Positions 1-12,636 of a stretch of 64,000 nt of DNA are shown here, in pieces. How positions within the stretch are numbered: position 1 is the first letter of the stretch; each line of letters begins with the position of its first letter. The stretch spans positions 17,608,001 to 17,672,000 of the forward strand of contig NC_043008.1 in the NCBI RefSeq assembly GCF_006345805.1, in the 5' to 3' direction. Source of the DNA: Octopus sinensis (Eukaryota). The notes under the pieces are model-generated. The model had not been told where the DNA came from. It worked only from the letters and a program-made list of their open reading frames with translations, and did not search any database. A program made the translations under genes and the position numbers.

Positions 1-676
1 ATATTTGACTGCAACAACATATGTTTTAGTGCTTGATCTGCTGTTATTGTTTCTATTTTAATAAATATCTTCTGTGGTTGCCACTGCTGAGTTGTGTTTT
101 GTTGGTATTGATACTTGCTTACATATTTAAACAGACACATTTATCACCAAATAATAGTTTAATTTCAAGAAAAGTTCTTATAAATGTAAATCTAGTTGCT
201 AATATATATTCACTGATCAGAATAATTTTACCAACTCATGGTAAATTTAACTTAAATCCCAGAGCATCTCCCTATCTTACTGTACGTAACTTTGATTTTC
301 ACTTCAGCAAATTTATAAATATTGGTAGCATAATGAGGTTAAACAGTACGCAACTATACTTAAATCTCCCCTGGTAATCCGAAGGATTCTTTTCAATAGA
401 CTATTTTAAAAGTAGTTTGAAAGATAGCTTTGGAAAGAGCGGTAGCTGAAAAAGGTGGTTGCTGAGATGTGAGAGAGAGGAAAGCAAATGTCTTGAAGAA
501 GGGTTCTTCTCCCCGAATTATGAATATACAATGTAAAATTGTTTGGTTTTCCTTTTGTAATTTACTTTGTACTTTCTCGTATGGTTCCGGCTTTAAACAA
601 CATTCTGTAAAGATATACCTCACAATGGTTCATCAAAACTACGAGTGAGTCCGCCACATGTGTGTGTGTGTGTATA

Positions 677-685
677 TAATAATAA

Positions 686-728
<43 letters not shown>
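677..728. repeat. (AAT)n microsatellite
   Basis: Near-perfect AAT run following a short (TG)n/(TA)n tract. Confidence 0.95.
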
Positions 729-730
<2 letters not shown>

Positions 731-836
731 GTGTAAAATTTATCAATCAATTATTAATTAATAATTTACCAAGTAGTTCGGTATGCTAAAAGAACCGTTA
801 TCAGTAACCTCACAAATTATAGAATATATATATAGA

Positions 837-868
<32 letters not shown>

Positions 869-872
869 TTGT

Positions 873-914
<42 letters not shown>

Positions 915-951
915 TGTGTGTGCTGTTCTGTGTGTGTGTGTGTCTGTGTGT

Positions 952-1228
952 GTGGTTAGGACAGCGGACTCGCGGTCGTAGGATCGTGGTTTCGATTCCC
1001 AGACCGGGCGTTGTGAGTGTTTATTGAGCGAAAACACCTAAAGCTCCACGAGGCTCCGGCAGGGGATGGCGGCGATCCCTGCTGTACTCTTTCGCCGCAA
1101 CTTTCTCTCACTCCTTCTTCTGTGGGGTGGCGTCGTTTGAAGGCTAAAACGATGCGAAGCGCATTGTGACCAGCGATGTGTAGCAACATCTGATAGCCTG
1201 GTCGGTCATGTGACGTGACGTGACGTGA
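952..1228 (+). mobile_element. tRNA-derived SINE, family B head with an alternative 3' tail ending in (GTGAC)n
   Basis: A-box-like GTGGTTAGG and B-box-like GGTTTCGATTCCC. Body AAGCTCCACGAGGCTCCGGCAGG...CAACTTTCTCTCACTC is shared with 39061-39343; short tandem tail. Confidence 0.8.
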
Positions 1229-1427
1229 TATATATGTATATATATATATATATGTATATATATAAGGAGCTTGTTTGCTACTTTATCCAACATCAAGCAA
1301 TTAGGGAGTAGCAGTGTCAGTAAAAAAAAAAGAGGAGAGACAAAATTTTAATGAGAGAGGGGGAGGTATCAAACAGCACCTCTCGCCCTTTCTCTCAATA
1401 AAAACCTTTCCACTTTATTGATGAACG

Positions 1428-1575
1428 CTCATCGTCATCATTGCTCGACCGTGTTCGAGACAATGGAATTTATCATGCTACACCAGACTTCACGGTTCAT
1501 CATAGCATTACGGAGATCCTGTTGCTGGATGCCTGTATCCCTGGAGATTACATCAGGGTGAACGCTACCCCTCTC
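1428..1575 (-). mobile_element. 3' end of an RTE/RTEX-like LINE
   Basis: Minus strand reads ...HPDVISRDTGIQQQDLRNAMMNREVWCSMINSIVSNTVEQ* (stop at 1438-1440), followed by a TGATGACGATGA tail. Resembles RTE-type C-termini (D..xxAMxDRxxWR). Confidence 0.6.
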
Positions 1576-1690
1576 TCATTCTCTCTCTCTCTCTCTCTAT
1601 CAATCTATCTATCTACAGACGCACACGCACACATTCTCTATCTATCTACAGACGCATACACAGACACATTCTCTGTCTCTCTGTCTGTCC

Positions 1691-1744
<54 letters not shown>

Positions 1745-2522
1745 TCTGAACAACAACATTTTCATCTTTCGACGAGCGCTGATTTTTTTCTGGTAAACAT
1801 TAATATAAGACAAGTAAATAAGATTCTTGCACCTCAAAATTATTTTTCTGCATCTCTATGGATGTTTGACTGTTCTGGAAGACTTTTCTGCTTAAAAACT
1901 TGCAAACTTAATAGAATATAAGATATGTAAACTTAATAGAATATAAGATATGTAAATAAGTAGTAATTTTCAAGTCATAAAATAAAAATATTGTCTACTG
2001 AAACAAAGCTTGGTGATATTGTCTGTTTACAGAAAGCTAAATATAAAAGGAAGGTAATTAAAAGTATTTACAAATACTGGCCGCTACAGTGATGTTTGTA
2101 AATATTTATGAATGAAGAATTTTGCCAAGGCAGGGACATTTGTTTTCAAAATCTCTTTCCATTTCAGGCGGTAAAGAATGTGAGAGACAGACAGACAGAC
2201 AGACACGCAGACAGACTCACAGACAGAAACACAGAGATAGAGAACGTGTAGACGTTGCTGTGAATAAAAGTCTCTGTGTATGCCGTTAATATAATCCTGT
2301 ATAATTTTGGACTTTGTTATGGTTACGCATAGAAATATAAACAAACTAACGTACACGCGCACGCACACACACGCATACACACGCACGCACACACGCACAC
2401 ACCAGACAAATATACTCGTTTGTTTTGAAGTTTGTGCTCATTGTATTAAATATGCTAATCCTCCCGCTGTGAAGAATGACTCAGACAGTAGGCGACGGTT
2501 AGCGAGAGAGAGAGAGAGAGAC

Positions 2523-2559
<37 letters not shown>

Positions 2560-2810
2560 GAGACAAAGGCGAAGAACAACCAGTCTCAATCTGGAAGAAC
2601 TGGATGCAAGAAGATTAAACAATACATTAAAGTTATTAAATCGGTCACAAGAAGTGAGACAAGAGAGATGAGCGCAAGACGCAAGGAGACAGGTTCCAAT
2701 ACGTTAAAATGAAAAGGAGCCCCTAATTGCACAAAGAAGAGATATCCAAAGAGAGACCAGCACACACACAAAACACACACACATATATATATATATACAT
2801 AACTTATATA

Positions 2811-3010
2811 CGTGAGCGCGTGTGCATCGTTGGCGATTTCTTTCCCCGTCTTCCCTCCGTGGTTCTTTCCTTTTTCTGTCTTTTCTGGCAAAGAGCTCCG
2901 CTCGAAATGTTAAATCCTCCTACTTTGTTTCCATTTCCGAGCGTCCAATAACAATATACTGTTCCACGTCCTCGCATTGTTGTGTTATCTCTTTGTTCAC
3001 ATTGGATTAA
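2811..3010 (+). mobile_element. Penelope-type terminal-repeat fragment, family 1 (~200 bp), with a decayed hammerhead motif at 2881-2914
   Basis: Colinear with 21090-21251 (-) and 31851-32048 (+). Same GGATTAAC end abutting (TA)n. Motif CTGGCAA-A-GAGCtccGCTC-GAAA-TGTT. Confidence 0.7.
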
Positions 3011-3016
3011 CTATAT

Positions 3017-3059
<43 letters not shown>

Positions 3060-3096
3060 TTATGTGTATATTATATATATATATAATATCTATTAT

Positions 3097-3155
<59 letters not shown>

Positions 3156-3263
3156 ATAATATAAATATATAATATATAATATATATAAATATATATATAT
3201 ATATATAAATATATATATACAATATATAAATATCTATATATATATATACATATAATATATATG

Positions 3264-3295
<32 letters not shown>

Positions 3296-3605
3296 TATAT
3301 ATATATATATATATATAAATATATATATATATAGTAATAGATATATATGTATAAATATAGATATATATATATATTATAATATATAGGTATATATATATAT
3401 AAATATATATATATATTATAGATAAATATAATATATTATAAATGATATATATATATATAAAATATATATATATATATATATAAAATATATCTATATCCTA
3501 TATATTTATAACTATATATAATATATATATTATATATATATATATATAGGTATAATATATAATATATAAATATATATATATATTTATCTATATATATATA
3601 TATAC

Positions 3606-3656
<51 letters not shown>

Positions 3657-3694
3657 TTATATATATTTATATATATTATATATTATATATATAT

Positions 3695-3727
<33 letters not shown>

Positions 3728-3728
3728 A
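3011..3728. repeat. long degenerate (TA)n microsatellite
   Basis: About 700 bp of almost pure alternating TA. Confidence 0.95.
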
Positions 3729-3732
3729 CACA

Positions 3733-5133
<1,401 letters not shown>

Positions 5134-5527
5134 GATGTGCATAATATTCTTTGTTTCAATTTATGTTATTTTAGTATAGCCCCGTAATTTAATCTAGTTT
5201 TATGGCTATGAAACTGGATATCATTGAAGTAGATCTAATGTCTATATCTCAGGTAATTTCTTTCAATATTCCCATTAAATATTTTATAAATTGATCCATA
5301 GCATGACGGTTCATATTGTATGAGATTGTCTCTTAATATTGCGTGCGACAAGTAGGAATTCTAAACGAGAAAGTTTCCAGACTAAAAAAACAGAATACAA
5401 TGAATTCTGTTGAAGCATCGAATCTGATCTCATTAAGAGTGTCTTAAACAACTACATGAAACCTCTCAAAGAATTTCTAAATTCCTCAAACTTGCACATA
5501 GTCAAAGCAAATATATGGGCGATAAAT

Positions 5528-5665
5528 AACTTACTTACACGCCACATGGTTCCGGGTTCAGTCTCACTGCATGGCACCTTGGGCAACTATCTTCTAATGT
5601 AGCCTCAGGCCGACTAAAGCCTTGTGAGTGGATCTGGTGGGCGAAAACCGAAATAAGTCCGTCGT
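5528..5665 (+). mobile_element. SINE family A, 5' half (its 3' half is probably at 7800-8040)
   Basis: GGTTCCGGGTTCAGTC B-box region and CORE-like GGCACCTTGGGCAA...; matches 15841-16000. Confidence 0.8.
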
Positions 5666-5668
5666 ATG

Positions 5669-5739
<71 letters not shown>

Positions 5740-5846
5740 ATATATTTATGATAAAACGGTAAGATAACAAAAGAAAGAAAGAGACCTCAATATTATGTAA
5801 ATAGAGGAAATTTATCTATACAATATGTTACATTACTCGGTAGTCA

Positions 5847-5909
5847 AGATAAAACTCTGAGTTTCAGATGCCGAAGTGGAAATCCACAACACCATCTCTT
5901 CGGTTATCT
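5847..5909 (-). ncRNA. type-I hammerhead-like motif in the Penelope 3' repeat (U4C core variant)
   Basis: AGATAA-CCGAAGA-GATG..CATC-T-GAAA-CT(cag)AG-T-T-TTATCT on the element sense strand. Confidence 0.5.
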
Positions 5910-6017
5910 GGCTATTGAAAACATTATGAAAAAATACCGTTAAATAAGGGAAATTACTCTGTTATAACTCTGCTTGCCTGCGTACTTATACATCGCTCGC
6001 ATTTTTCGTCATAAAAA

Positions 6018-6539
6018 TTATATAAAAATACATAAAAAAATATATAAAAAATATATAAAAAATATATAAATTCTTCTTGGGACATAACATAGAAAGCATG
6101 TTCTATCTGTTTTCTTTAGGGAACCCAAAACGTACAGAAACTTAGTCACATGTGGGCATGATCCGAAAAGCTCTGTCCTTGTATTTAGACATGTAGTAGG
6201 GTCTAAGCTGCTTTTCCAGTTAAGCCATCTCTCCATGTCGCATAGACCGCACCTTCCGCTGCCGTTAGTATAGGGCTTACATCTGGCCAAAATCTTCCAT
6301 TGTATGCTATAATCAACACCTTTATCTCTTAAAGACCAAATATGATTAGACAATTGTGTCGCTTTTCTTTTGTTCCAGTGCCTAAAGCTCAAAGTGTGGT
6401 TATTGAACCTGGCCTTGAAATTACCCTCTGTAAGGCCCACGTATTTCTTCGTCGAAACGGTGTCTTTAGTGGTTATAGAGTTTACGGTGGCTTCATATAT
6501 GATGGCCTTGGACATGCAAGCTCCATTTAGCGGGCACAA
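6018..6539 (-). pseudogene. GIY-YIG endonuclease domain of a Penelope-like element
   Basis: IYEA..YVG (GIY-YIG equivalent), RFNNH, Cys-rich linker (CSCRIELCPLNG). Upstream reading frame broken by frameshifts. Confidence 0.85.
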
Positions 6540-7232
6540 TTCTATTCTGCATGAACAGCTGTTTTCTTCTTGTGTTTTTTGTATGTTATGTTGATTATGT
6601 TTTTAAAATTGTAGTTGAACTAAAACTAATTTTTAAATTTGTGTCTATTGAAGAGTTTCCTATAAGTATGGTAACTGGGAAATGTCTATCTATCAGTGGT
6701 AGGAAATATTTACCTATATTGAAGGCCCACCGGGTGAGTAAACCAGATGACCTTCCTATTTCTATTATTCCTTTTCTTTACTGTTGGGCTAGTGATAGGT
6801 GTATATTTTATTTTATCGCTAGAACCACTATCTTTTAAAGGCTTATTATAAACTGGGGCAACGCTATTGAAGATGTCCGCAGCGGAAGGTGCGGTCTATG
6901 CGACATGGAGAGATGGCTTATCTGGAAAAGCAGCTTAGACCCTACTACATGTCTAAATACAAGGACAGAGCTTTTCGGATCATGCCCACATGTGACTAAG
7001 TTTCTGTTACGTTTTTGGTCCCCTAAAGAAAACAGATAGAACATGCTTTCTATGTTATGTCCCAAGAAGAATTTATATATTTTTATATATTTTTTATATA
7101 TTTTTTTATGTATTTTTATATAATTTTTATGACGAAAAATGCGAGCGATGTATAAGTACGCAGGCAAGCAGAGTTATAACAGAGTAATTTCCCTTTATTT
7201 AACGGTATTTTTCATAACGTTTTCAAATAGCC

Positions 7233-7295
7233 AGATAACCGAAGAGATGGTGTTGTGGATTTCCAATTCGGCATCTGAAACTCAGAGTTTTATCT
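7233..7295 (+). ncRNA. second (inverted-arm) copy of the hammerhead-like motif
   Basis: Stem I AGATAA 7233-38 / TTATCT 7290-95; core CCGAAGA 7239-45; stem II GATG/CATC; GAAA 7277-80. Confidence 0.5.
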
Positions 7296-7389
7296 TGACT
7301 ACCGAGTAATGTAACATATTGTATAGATATATATATATTTATATATAAATATGTATGTGCGTGTGTATATACATACATATATATATATA

Positions 7390-7764
7390 CTAGCAGTATA
7401 TCCCGGCTTTGCTCGGGTTTGTAAAGGAAATAACTATATAAGCATTTTTAGAGTTATAGCCCAAAAATAGCAAAAAAAGCATTAAAAATGGGAAAAAAAT
7501 GATGGTAATTTTTTTTTAAATCGTTGACTCATCGTAGACATTTTTAGAGAGTTACTTCCCTTATATAATAGCGAAAAAAATGATGGTAATTTTTTTTTTA
7601 AATCGTAGACTCAACGTAGACGCGCGCTAATACTCAGAAGGGCTCGATATGAATCACGACTATAAGATACCTGGTTTTGGTTAAACTGCACCGCAAAATG
7701 TGGGAGTAGTTAGGAATCTAAATCGTAGGAGACAGACACACAACTTGACTTTTATATATAAAGA
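7390..7764 (-). mobile_element. non-autonomous Helitron (375 bp)
   Basis: Minus strand starts TCTTTATATATAAAAG and ends with a GC-rich imperfect hairpin (plus 7402-7417) followed by CTAG. Inserted between A and T with no TSD; internal ~80 bp tandem subrepeats. Confidence 0.8.
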
Positions 7765-7766
7765 TA

Positions 7767-7798
<32 letters not shown>

Positions 7799-7799
7799 G

Positions 7800-8036
7800 T
7801 ATTATGTATGTGTGTATATGTTTGGGTGGGTGTGTTTCTGCCCCAATACCCCTTGATAACCGATGCTGGTGTGTTTACGTCCCCGTAACTTAGTGTTTCG
7901 GCATAATCAATCCATAGAATAAATACCTGACTTACAAAGAATAATTCTTTGGGTTGATTTATTCGATTAAAGGTGGTGCTCAAGCATGGCCGCAATCAAA
8001 TAGCTGTAAGAAATATATGAATAAAAGAGTAAAAGA

Positions 8037-8040
<4 letters not shown>
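7800..8040 (+). mobile_element. SINE family A, 3' half
   Basis: CCGATGCTGGTGTGTTTACGTCCCCGTAACTTAG...GCATGGCCGC...AAAGAGTAAAAG. Confidence 0.85.
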
Positions 8041-8067
<27 letters not shown>

Positions 8068-8077
8068 TAATATATAT

Positions 8078-8108
<31 letters not shown>

Positions 8109-8110
<2 letters not shown>

Positions 8111-8350
8111 ATTCTTTTACTCTTTTATTCATATATTCTTATAGCTATTTGATTGCGGCCATGCTTGAGCACCACCTTTTATCGAATAAATCAACCCAAA
8201 GAATTTCTTTGTAAGTCAGGTATTTATTTATCGATTGATTATGCCGAAACACTAAGTTACGGGGACGTAAACACACCAGCATCGGTTATCAAGGGGTATT
8301 GGGGCAGAAACACACCACCCACAAACATATACACATACATAATACATATA
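8109..8350 (-). repeat. inverted duplicate of 7796-8040 across a (TA)n spacer
   Basis: Shares that copy's private variants (CTGCCCCAATACCCCTTG, GGCATAATCAATC). Confidence 0.88.
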
Positions 8351-9491
8351 TATATATTATATATATATATATTATATATAAGAAGAAAAGATAGTCGAAA
8401 ATGCACATTGGTAATCAAAAAAAGTAAATTCACAATAATGACTTGTATTACTTTTATTCATATCTCACTTTATCTAATTGTAAATAAGTATCGTTACTTT
8501 TTATATAAAACATTTACCTATTTTGTTTTCCAATGTGCATTTTCCCTAATTTTTTTCTTCTCACTTTCCCCTTACATTTCCCGGTGTAGTTTCTATTTTC
8601 TTTTTGTAACATATTTCTATTATATATATATATATATATATAAGAACCCTGACAAATAGCATTACTAATACTTCAAAAAATCAGCTCTCTGATATATCGA
8701 GTAATGTATAGATATATAAAGAGAAACTTAAGCGACATATTTCTTAACTAAAATTGATAAACCTGCCTAGCCGCGCCAACCCATTACATTAGCATTACAT
8801 TATCTTTAAGAATATGCCAAATTTGTCTCCAACTCCAAATTTTACGTAATCGACTACTCTCAAATCCAGAATAGTTAGTTAAAGCTTTCACAACATTACT
8901 AAACTCAGGATTACATGTACCATAAAAGTAGAACATTCAGTCTCCTGTGTTGCTGTGGTTGTTACTATTTGATTCATATCATATTTTCTATTCCCTATAT
9001 CCTGAATATCAGGAGATAATTCACTAAAATTAACGATGTAATTACCAGAATAATAAGATATAATGCACTCATAAACAAAACATGACAAATGATAGTAATT
9101 CGAAAATGAGGGATGCATTTCTTGAACGTGTTTATAAGGGCTTTGATAGAGCTGAACTGAGGCAGTTTATCCTAGACACCATCAGAATATTCCTGCACAT
9201 ATCTCTCAATTATACACAGAACGGGTTTAGCAGTCTCGTATAATATGGATTATCATTCTACAAGCAAATTAAGATGTGTTTGACGTATTCATTAATACAG
9301 GTTAAATTTTAGTGGAATTCCTTGATATAATACTATGTCTAAATACAAGGGATCAATGCGTACACAAAACGTCCATAAACTATCAATATGCATATTCAAA
9401 ATTTTAATCTGGTCACCCCAACCTTAAGATTGTATCATGCAATTGGAATAACTAGAAGAGTCTTCAGTGTGTCATAACAAACGTTCACAGT

Positions 9492-9779
9492 GAAGGCGCG
9501 TGGCTAAATGGTTTTGTCATTCGGCTCAAGTTTATGAAGTCGTAAGCTGACTTATGGCAGGAGTTGTAATCTTGAATAAGATATTTATTTCACGCTGTTC
9601 CCTTCTAATCAGCCGTATTTCAAAGGGCCCCACTTAGCACATTCTGTGTCACGATGAATCTTCTGGAGAACTACATTAAAGTTATGCGTGTCTGTAAAGT
9701 ACCTGTTAATTTCAGGAGTAGATTGTTCTTTCGATCAGATCAAATGGAACCTATGTCATTGTAACATATGGAGTGTCAG
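9492..9779 (+). mobile_element. old SINE family B copy
   Basis: GAAGGCGCGTGGCT head; GTATTTCAAAGGGCC..CTGTGTCACG..GAGAACTAC domain homologous to 39160-39340. Confidence 0.6.
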
Positions 9780-9957
9780 TTTTTAGGAAGTTACATTTAT
9801 AAATGTATTACCACCTGCTATAATAATGGACTAGCTAAAAGCGTTTCCGATGAGAAAATATCGCTTATATCTAATTAACAGCAAGATCCTAGGATACACG
9901 TGTCGGATATATATATATATATATATGTATAATCACATACAGACACAAACACATATA

Positions 9958-10179
9958 TTCTCTTACTCTTTTACTCGTTTCAGTCATTTGACTGTGGCCA
10001 CGTTGGAGAACCACCTTTTGTCAAGTAAATCGACCGCCAGGACTTATTCTTTGTAAGCCTTGTACTTATTCTATCGATCTGTTTTGCCGAACCGCTTAGG
10101 TACAGATACGTAAACACACCAACATCTGTTGTCAAGCGATGTTGGGAGAACAAGCACACACACATACACAGACATATAG

Positions 10180-10234
<55 letters not shown>

Positions 10235-10578
10235 CGCACACACACATATACATATATATATATATATATAAGCACGCACATATATATACAGTATACATTG
10301 AGTATACGTTGTCTGGGAGACTCTTCTTATTGTAGAGGAAATAGCTAAATTCTTTCGCTGCTATTTCTAAAAGTTCGGTGTGTGGTAATGTAAATTTTTT
10401 TGCTGAACCCTAATTATATAAAGTAATGTTTTTCATATATCACTCACAGGGGTTTGATCGCCCGAAGGCTAATGTAGAAGCCACTAGCCCAAGGTGGCAC
10501 GCAGTAGGACTGAACCCGACACCATGTGGTTGGTAAACAAGCTAATAAGCTAGTTACCACACAGCCACACTCCACGCG
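9958..10578 (-). mobile_element. SINE family A (3' half 9958-10160, 5' half 10438-10578)
   Basis: Both halves recognisable, separated by microsatellite plus ~150 bp of unrelated sequence. Confidence 0.75.
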
Positions 10579-11285
10579 ACTCAAAATCAGTTTAAAACGA
10601 AGTAAAGGAAATAAAAGCAGTTCACTCGCATCACAATTTGAAATTTAACATTATTTTTCTGCATTTAGTTAGGAAACACTTCCTACAGTCATAACACACA
10701 CCGAGTTAAAGTCAGTTACTGTTTCCTGGACAACGCTGCTTCCTAGATAGAACACTACAAATACAAACATACAACTATGCTTTCACAGCCAAGCAACCAG
10801 TTCAAAGCTGTTGAAAACGCGTGTTCTGAAAGCGGTGAGTACGAAACGGGCGTGTTCTTCTATGTTGGAGTTCTATATGTCATTATGTTAGGACGTACAA
10901 TTTCCGGTATTGGTTAAATCCCTAACTGAAACTGACTTCTGCTAAGCTGATTGATAACCATTACACTAGAAGACAAAGATATATTAGTAGTAGTAGCTCT
11001 TTTTGATTTATGAATATATAAATTTCATGCTCGTGTGTGTGTGTGTGTATATATGTGTGTGTGTGTATGTGTGTGTGTGTGAGTGCGTGTGTGTGTATGT
11101 GATCGTGTTGCAGACCGATTGTTAACAAATCCAATATTCTTAAGCATGTCTGAAATTACACACAGACAAACACACACACACACACACACACACATACACA
11201 CACACAGATGCACACGCATATACATACACTCATATATTAATCGATGTGTGCAGTACTGTATATCCATTACGTCATTCGACGGAGT

Positions 11286-11299
11286 TAGATAGATAGATG

Positions 11300-11347
<48 letters not shown>

Positions 11348-11354
11348 TATATAG

Positions 11355-11427
<73 letters not shown>

Positions 11428-11430
11428 TAT
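11286..11430. repeat. (TAGA)n microsatellite
   Basis: Long GATA run. Confidence 0.95.
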
Positions 11431-11984
11431 ACATACACACATACATGCATGCATAGACATACAAACAGGCAGATAGACAGACAAATACATAGATACATGC
11501 GTGTTTATATGTAAGTGTGCATGTATGTATATGTATGTGTGCGCGCGTGTGCGTACGTGTGTGTGTGCGTGTGTGCGTGTGTATGTGTGTGTTTGTGTGA
11601 GTGCGTGTATGCACGTAGGCACAATATGGCTGAAAGATTGAGAAACAAATTCGATTCGCAGCTATGAAGTTATGGGATCGATTCATTGCATGAGCACATC
11701 TGTAGTTCCCCCCGTCGGTCGAGGTGTGTTCGTAATTCAAATAATAAACGGCTTGTCAGACACATACCGTCAAGCTCATTTTTTGCTTCAGATTTATCTT
11801 CAGGCGAGATGTCTCTGTGTGTAATTCTTGACCAATCATAATCTCGAAGCAGGTAACTCACTTGATCAAACTTCTGAATCCTTATCGACGTACAACGTAG
11901 ATCCACTACCACCACAAACAACTAAAATATGCAAGCATAATACATAGATATACATAGATATATAGATATATATAAATGGACGGA

Positions 11985-12072
11985 TATATGTAGAAGAGCG
12001 TAGGCTCGAAATGTAAAAGACTTTTTCTATTCCTGAGTGTTATACTAATACTTCTGTTTGTTTTGTACACCA
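11985..12072 (+). mobile_element. Penelope-type terminal-repeat fragment, family 2, truncated by an RTE insertion
   Basis: GTAGAAGAGCGTAGGCTCGAAATGTAAAAGAC...ATACTAATAC matches the reverse complement of 43700-43815. Confidence 0.6.
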
Positions 12073-12076
12073 CATA

Positions 12077-12420
12077 TCTACGATACAGGGATGTGTGCAA
12101 GCGCGACCTGAGGACTACCAACATCTGTGTGGACACGTGGGAGGTAACAGCTGCTGACCGCTCTGCCTGGCGTCGGACAGTGAGGAAAGGCATTTCCATG
12201 GCTGAGGAAAGGAGAGCACAGCTGTGTTCGGACAGGCGGGACAGGAGGAGGACAACTGCAGCAACACCCAACACGTACCCATCGACGTTCCTGTGCAGCA
12301 ACTGTACCAGGGACTGCCACTCTAGAATTGGACTATTAAGTCACAGCAGACGCTGCTCATCATCAAAGTAGGCCCCACCCTCGGCGCGACCCATTGTCTA
12401 TCAAGACAGACGGGAGAAGA
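12077..12420 (+). mobile_element. 3' end of an RTE-clade LINE (5'-truncated)
   Basis: LRYRDVCKRDL..WE..AADRSAWR..V..G...FLCSNCTRDCHSRIGLLSHSRRC (C2H2-like RTE terminus), then 3' UTR CCATTGTC..AGACAGACGG. Confidence 0.88.
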
Positions 12421-12636
12421 TATATATATATATATATATAGGTGTGTGTGTAAACAAACTTTCCATATGCGTTTTCTGCGATTATTTGGTAAGTAGTGCC
12501 GATTTTACAATTTTTTTAATAATAATAATATTCTAGAAGCATATATCTTATAAGTAATCGGCGTGCATTGACTGAAGTAAATAGACAATATATTGGGGCA
12601 TATAAGCACTCGACGGAAAGAAGTAGTATATATATA

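Larger units (their letters stand above)
5750..7328 (-). mobile_element. Penelope-like element (Neptune-type GIY-YIG), 5'-truncated, with an inverted copy of its 3' end (5814-6262 vs 6879-7328)
   Basis: ORF 6018-6539 (-) CPLNGAC..IYEATV..KYVGLTEGNFKARFNNHTLSF..LSNHIW..CGLC..LNTRTE. Upstream frameshifted RNRKVIWF and NIGKYFL..IDRHFP motifs. ~450 bp inverted terminal copy. Confidence 0.88.

Noticed and set aside
952-1010. tRNA-like sequences (also 15841, 22741, 36131, 47796)
   Set aside because: A/B boxes without a complete cloverleaf, continuing into SINE bodies; not tRNA genes.
2032-2180. Possible microexons KAKYKRK (2032-2052) and AVKN (2169-2180); similar 12-nt GC-donor candidate at 23273-23284
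   Set aside because: Such short AG..GT matches are expected by chance in AT-rich DNA; no independent evidence.
8888-9240. Open frames on both strands in unique sequence
   Set aside because: No recognisable motif or convincing splice pair; the hydrophobic character is explained by AT richness.
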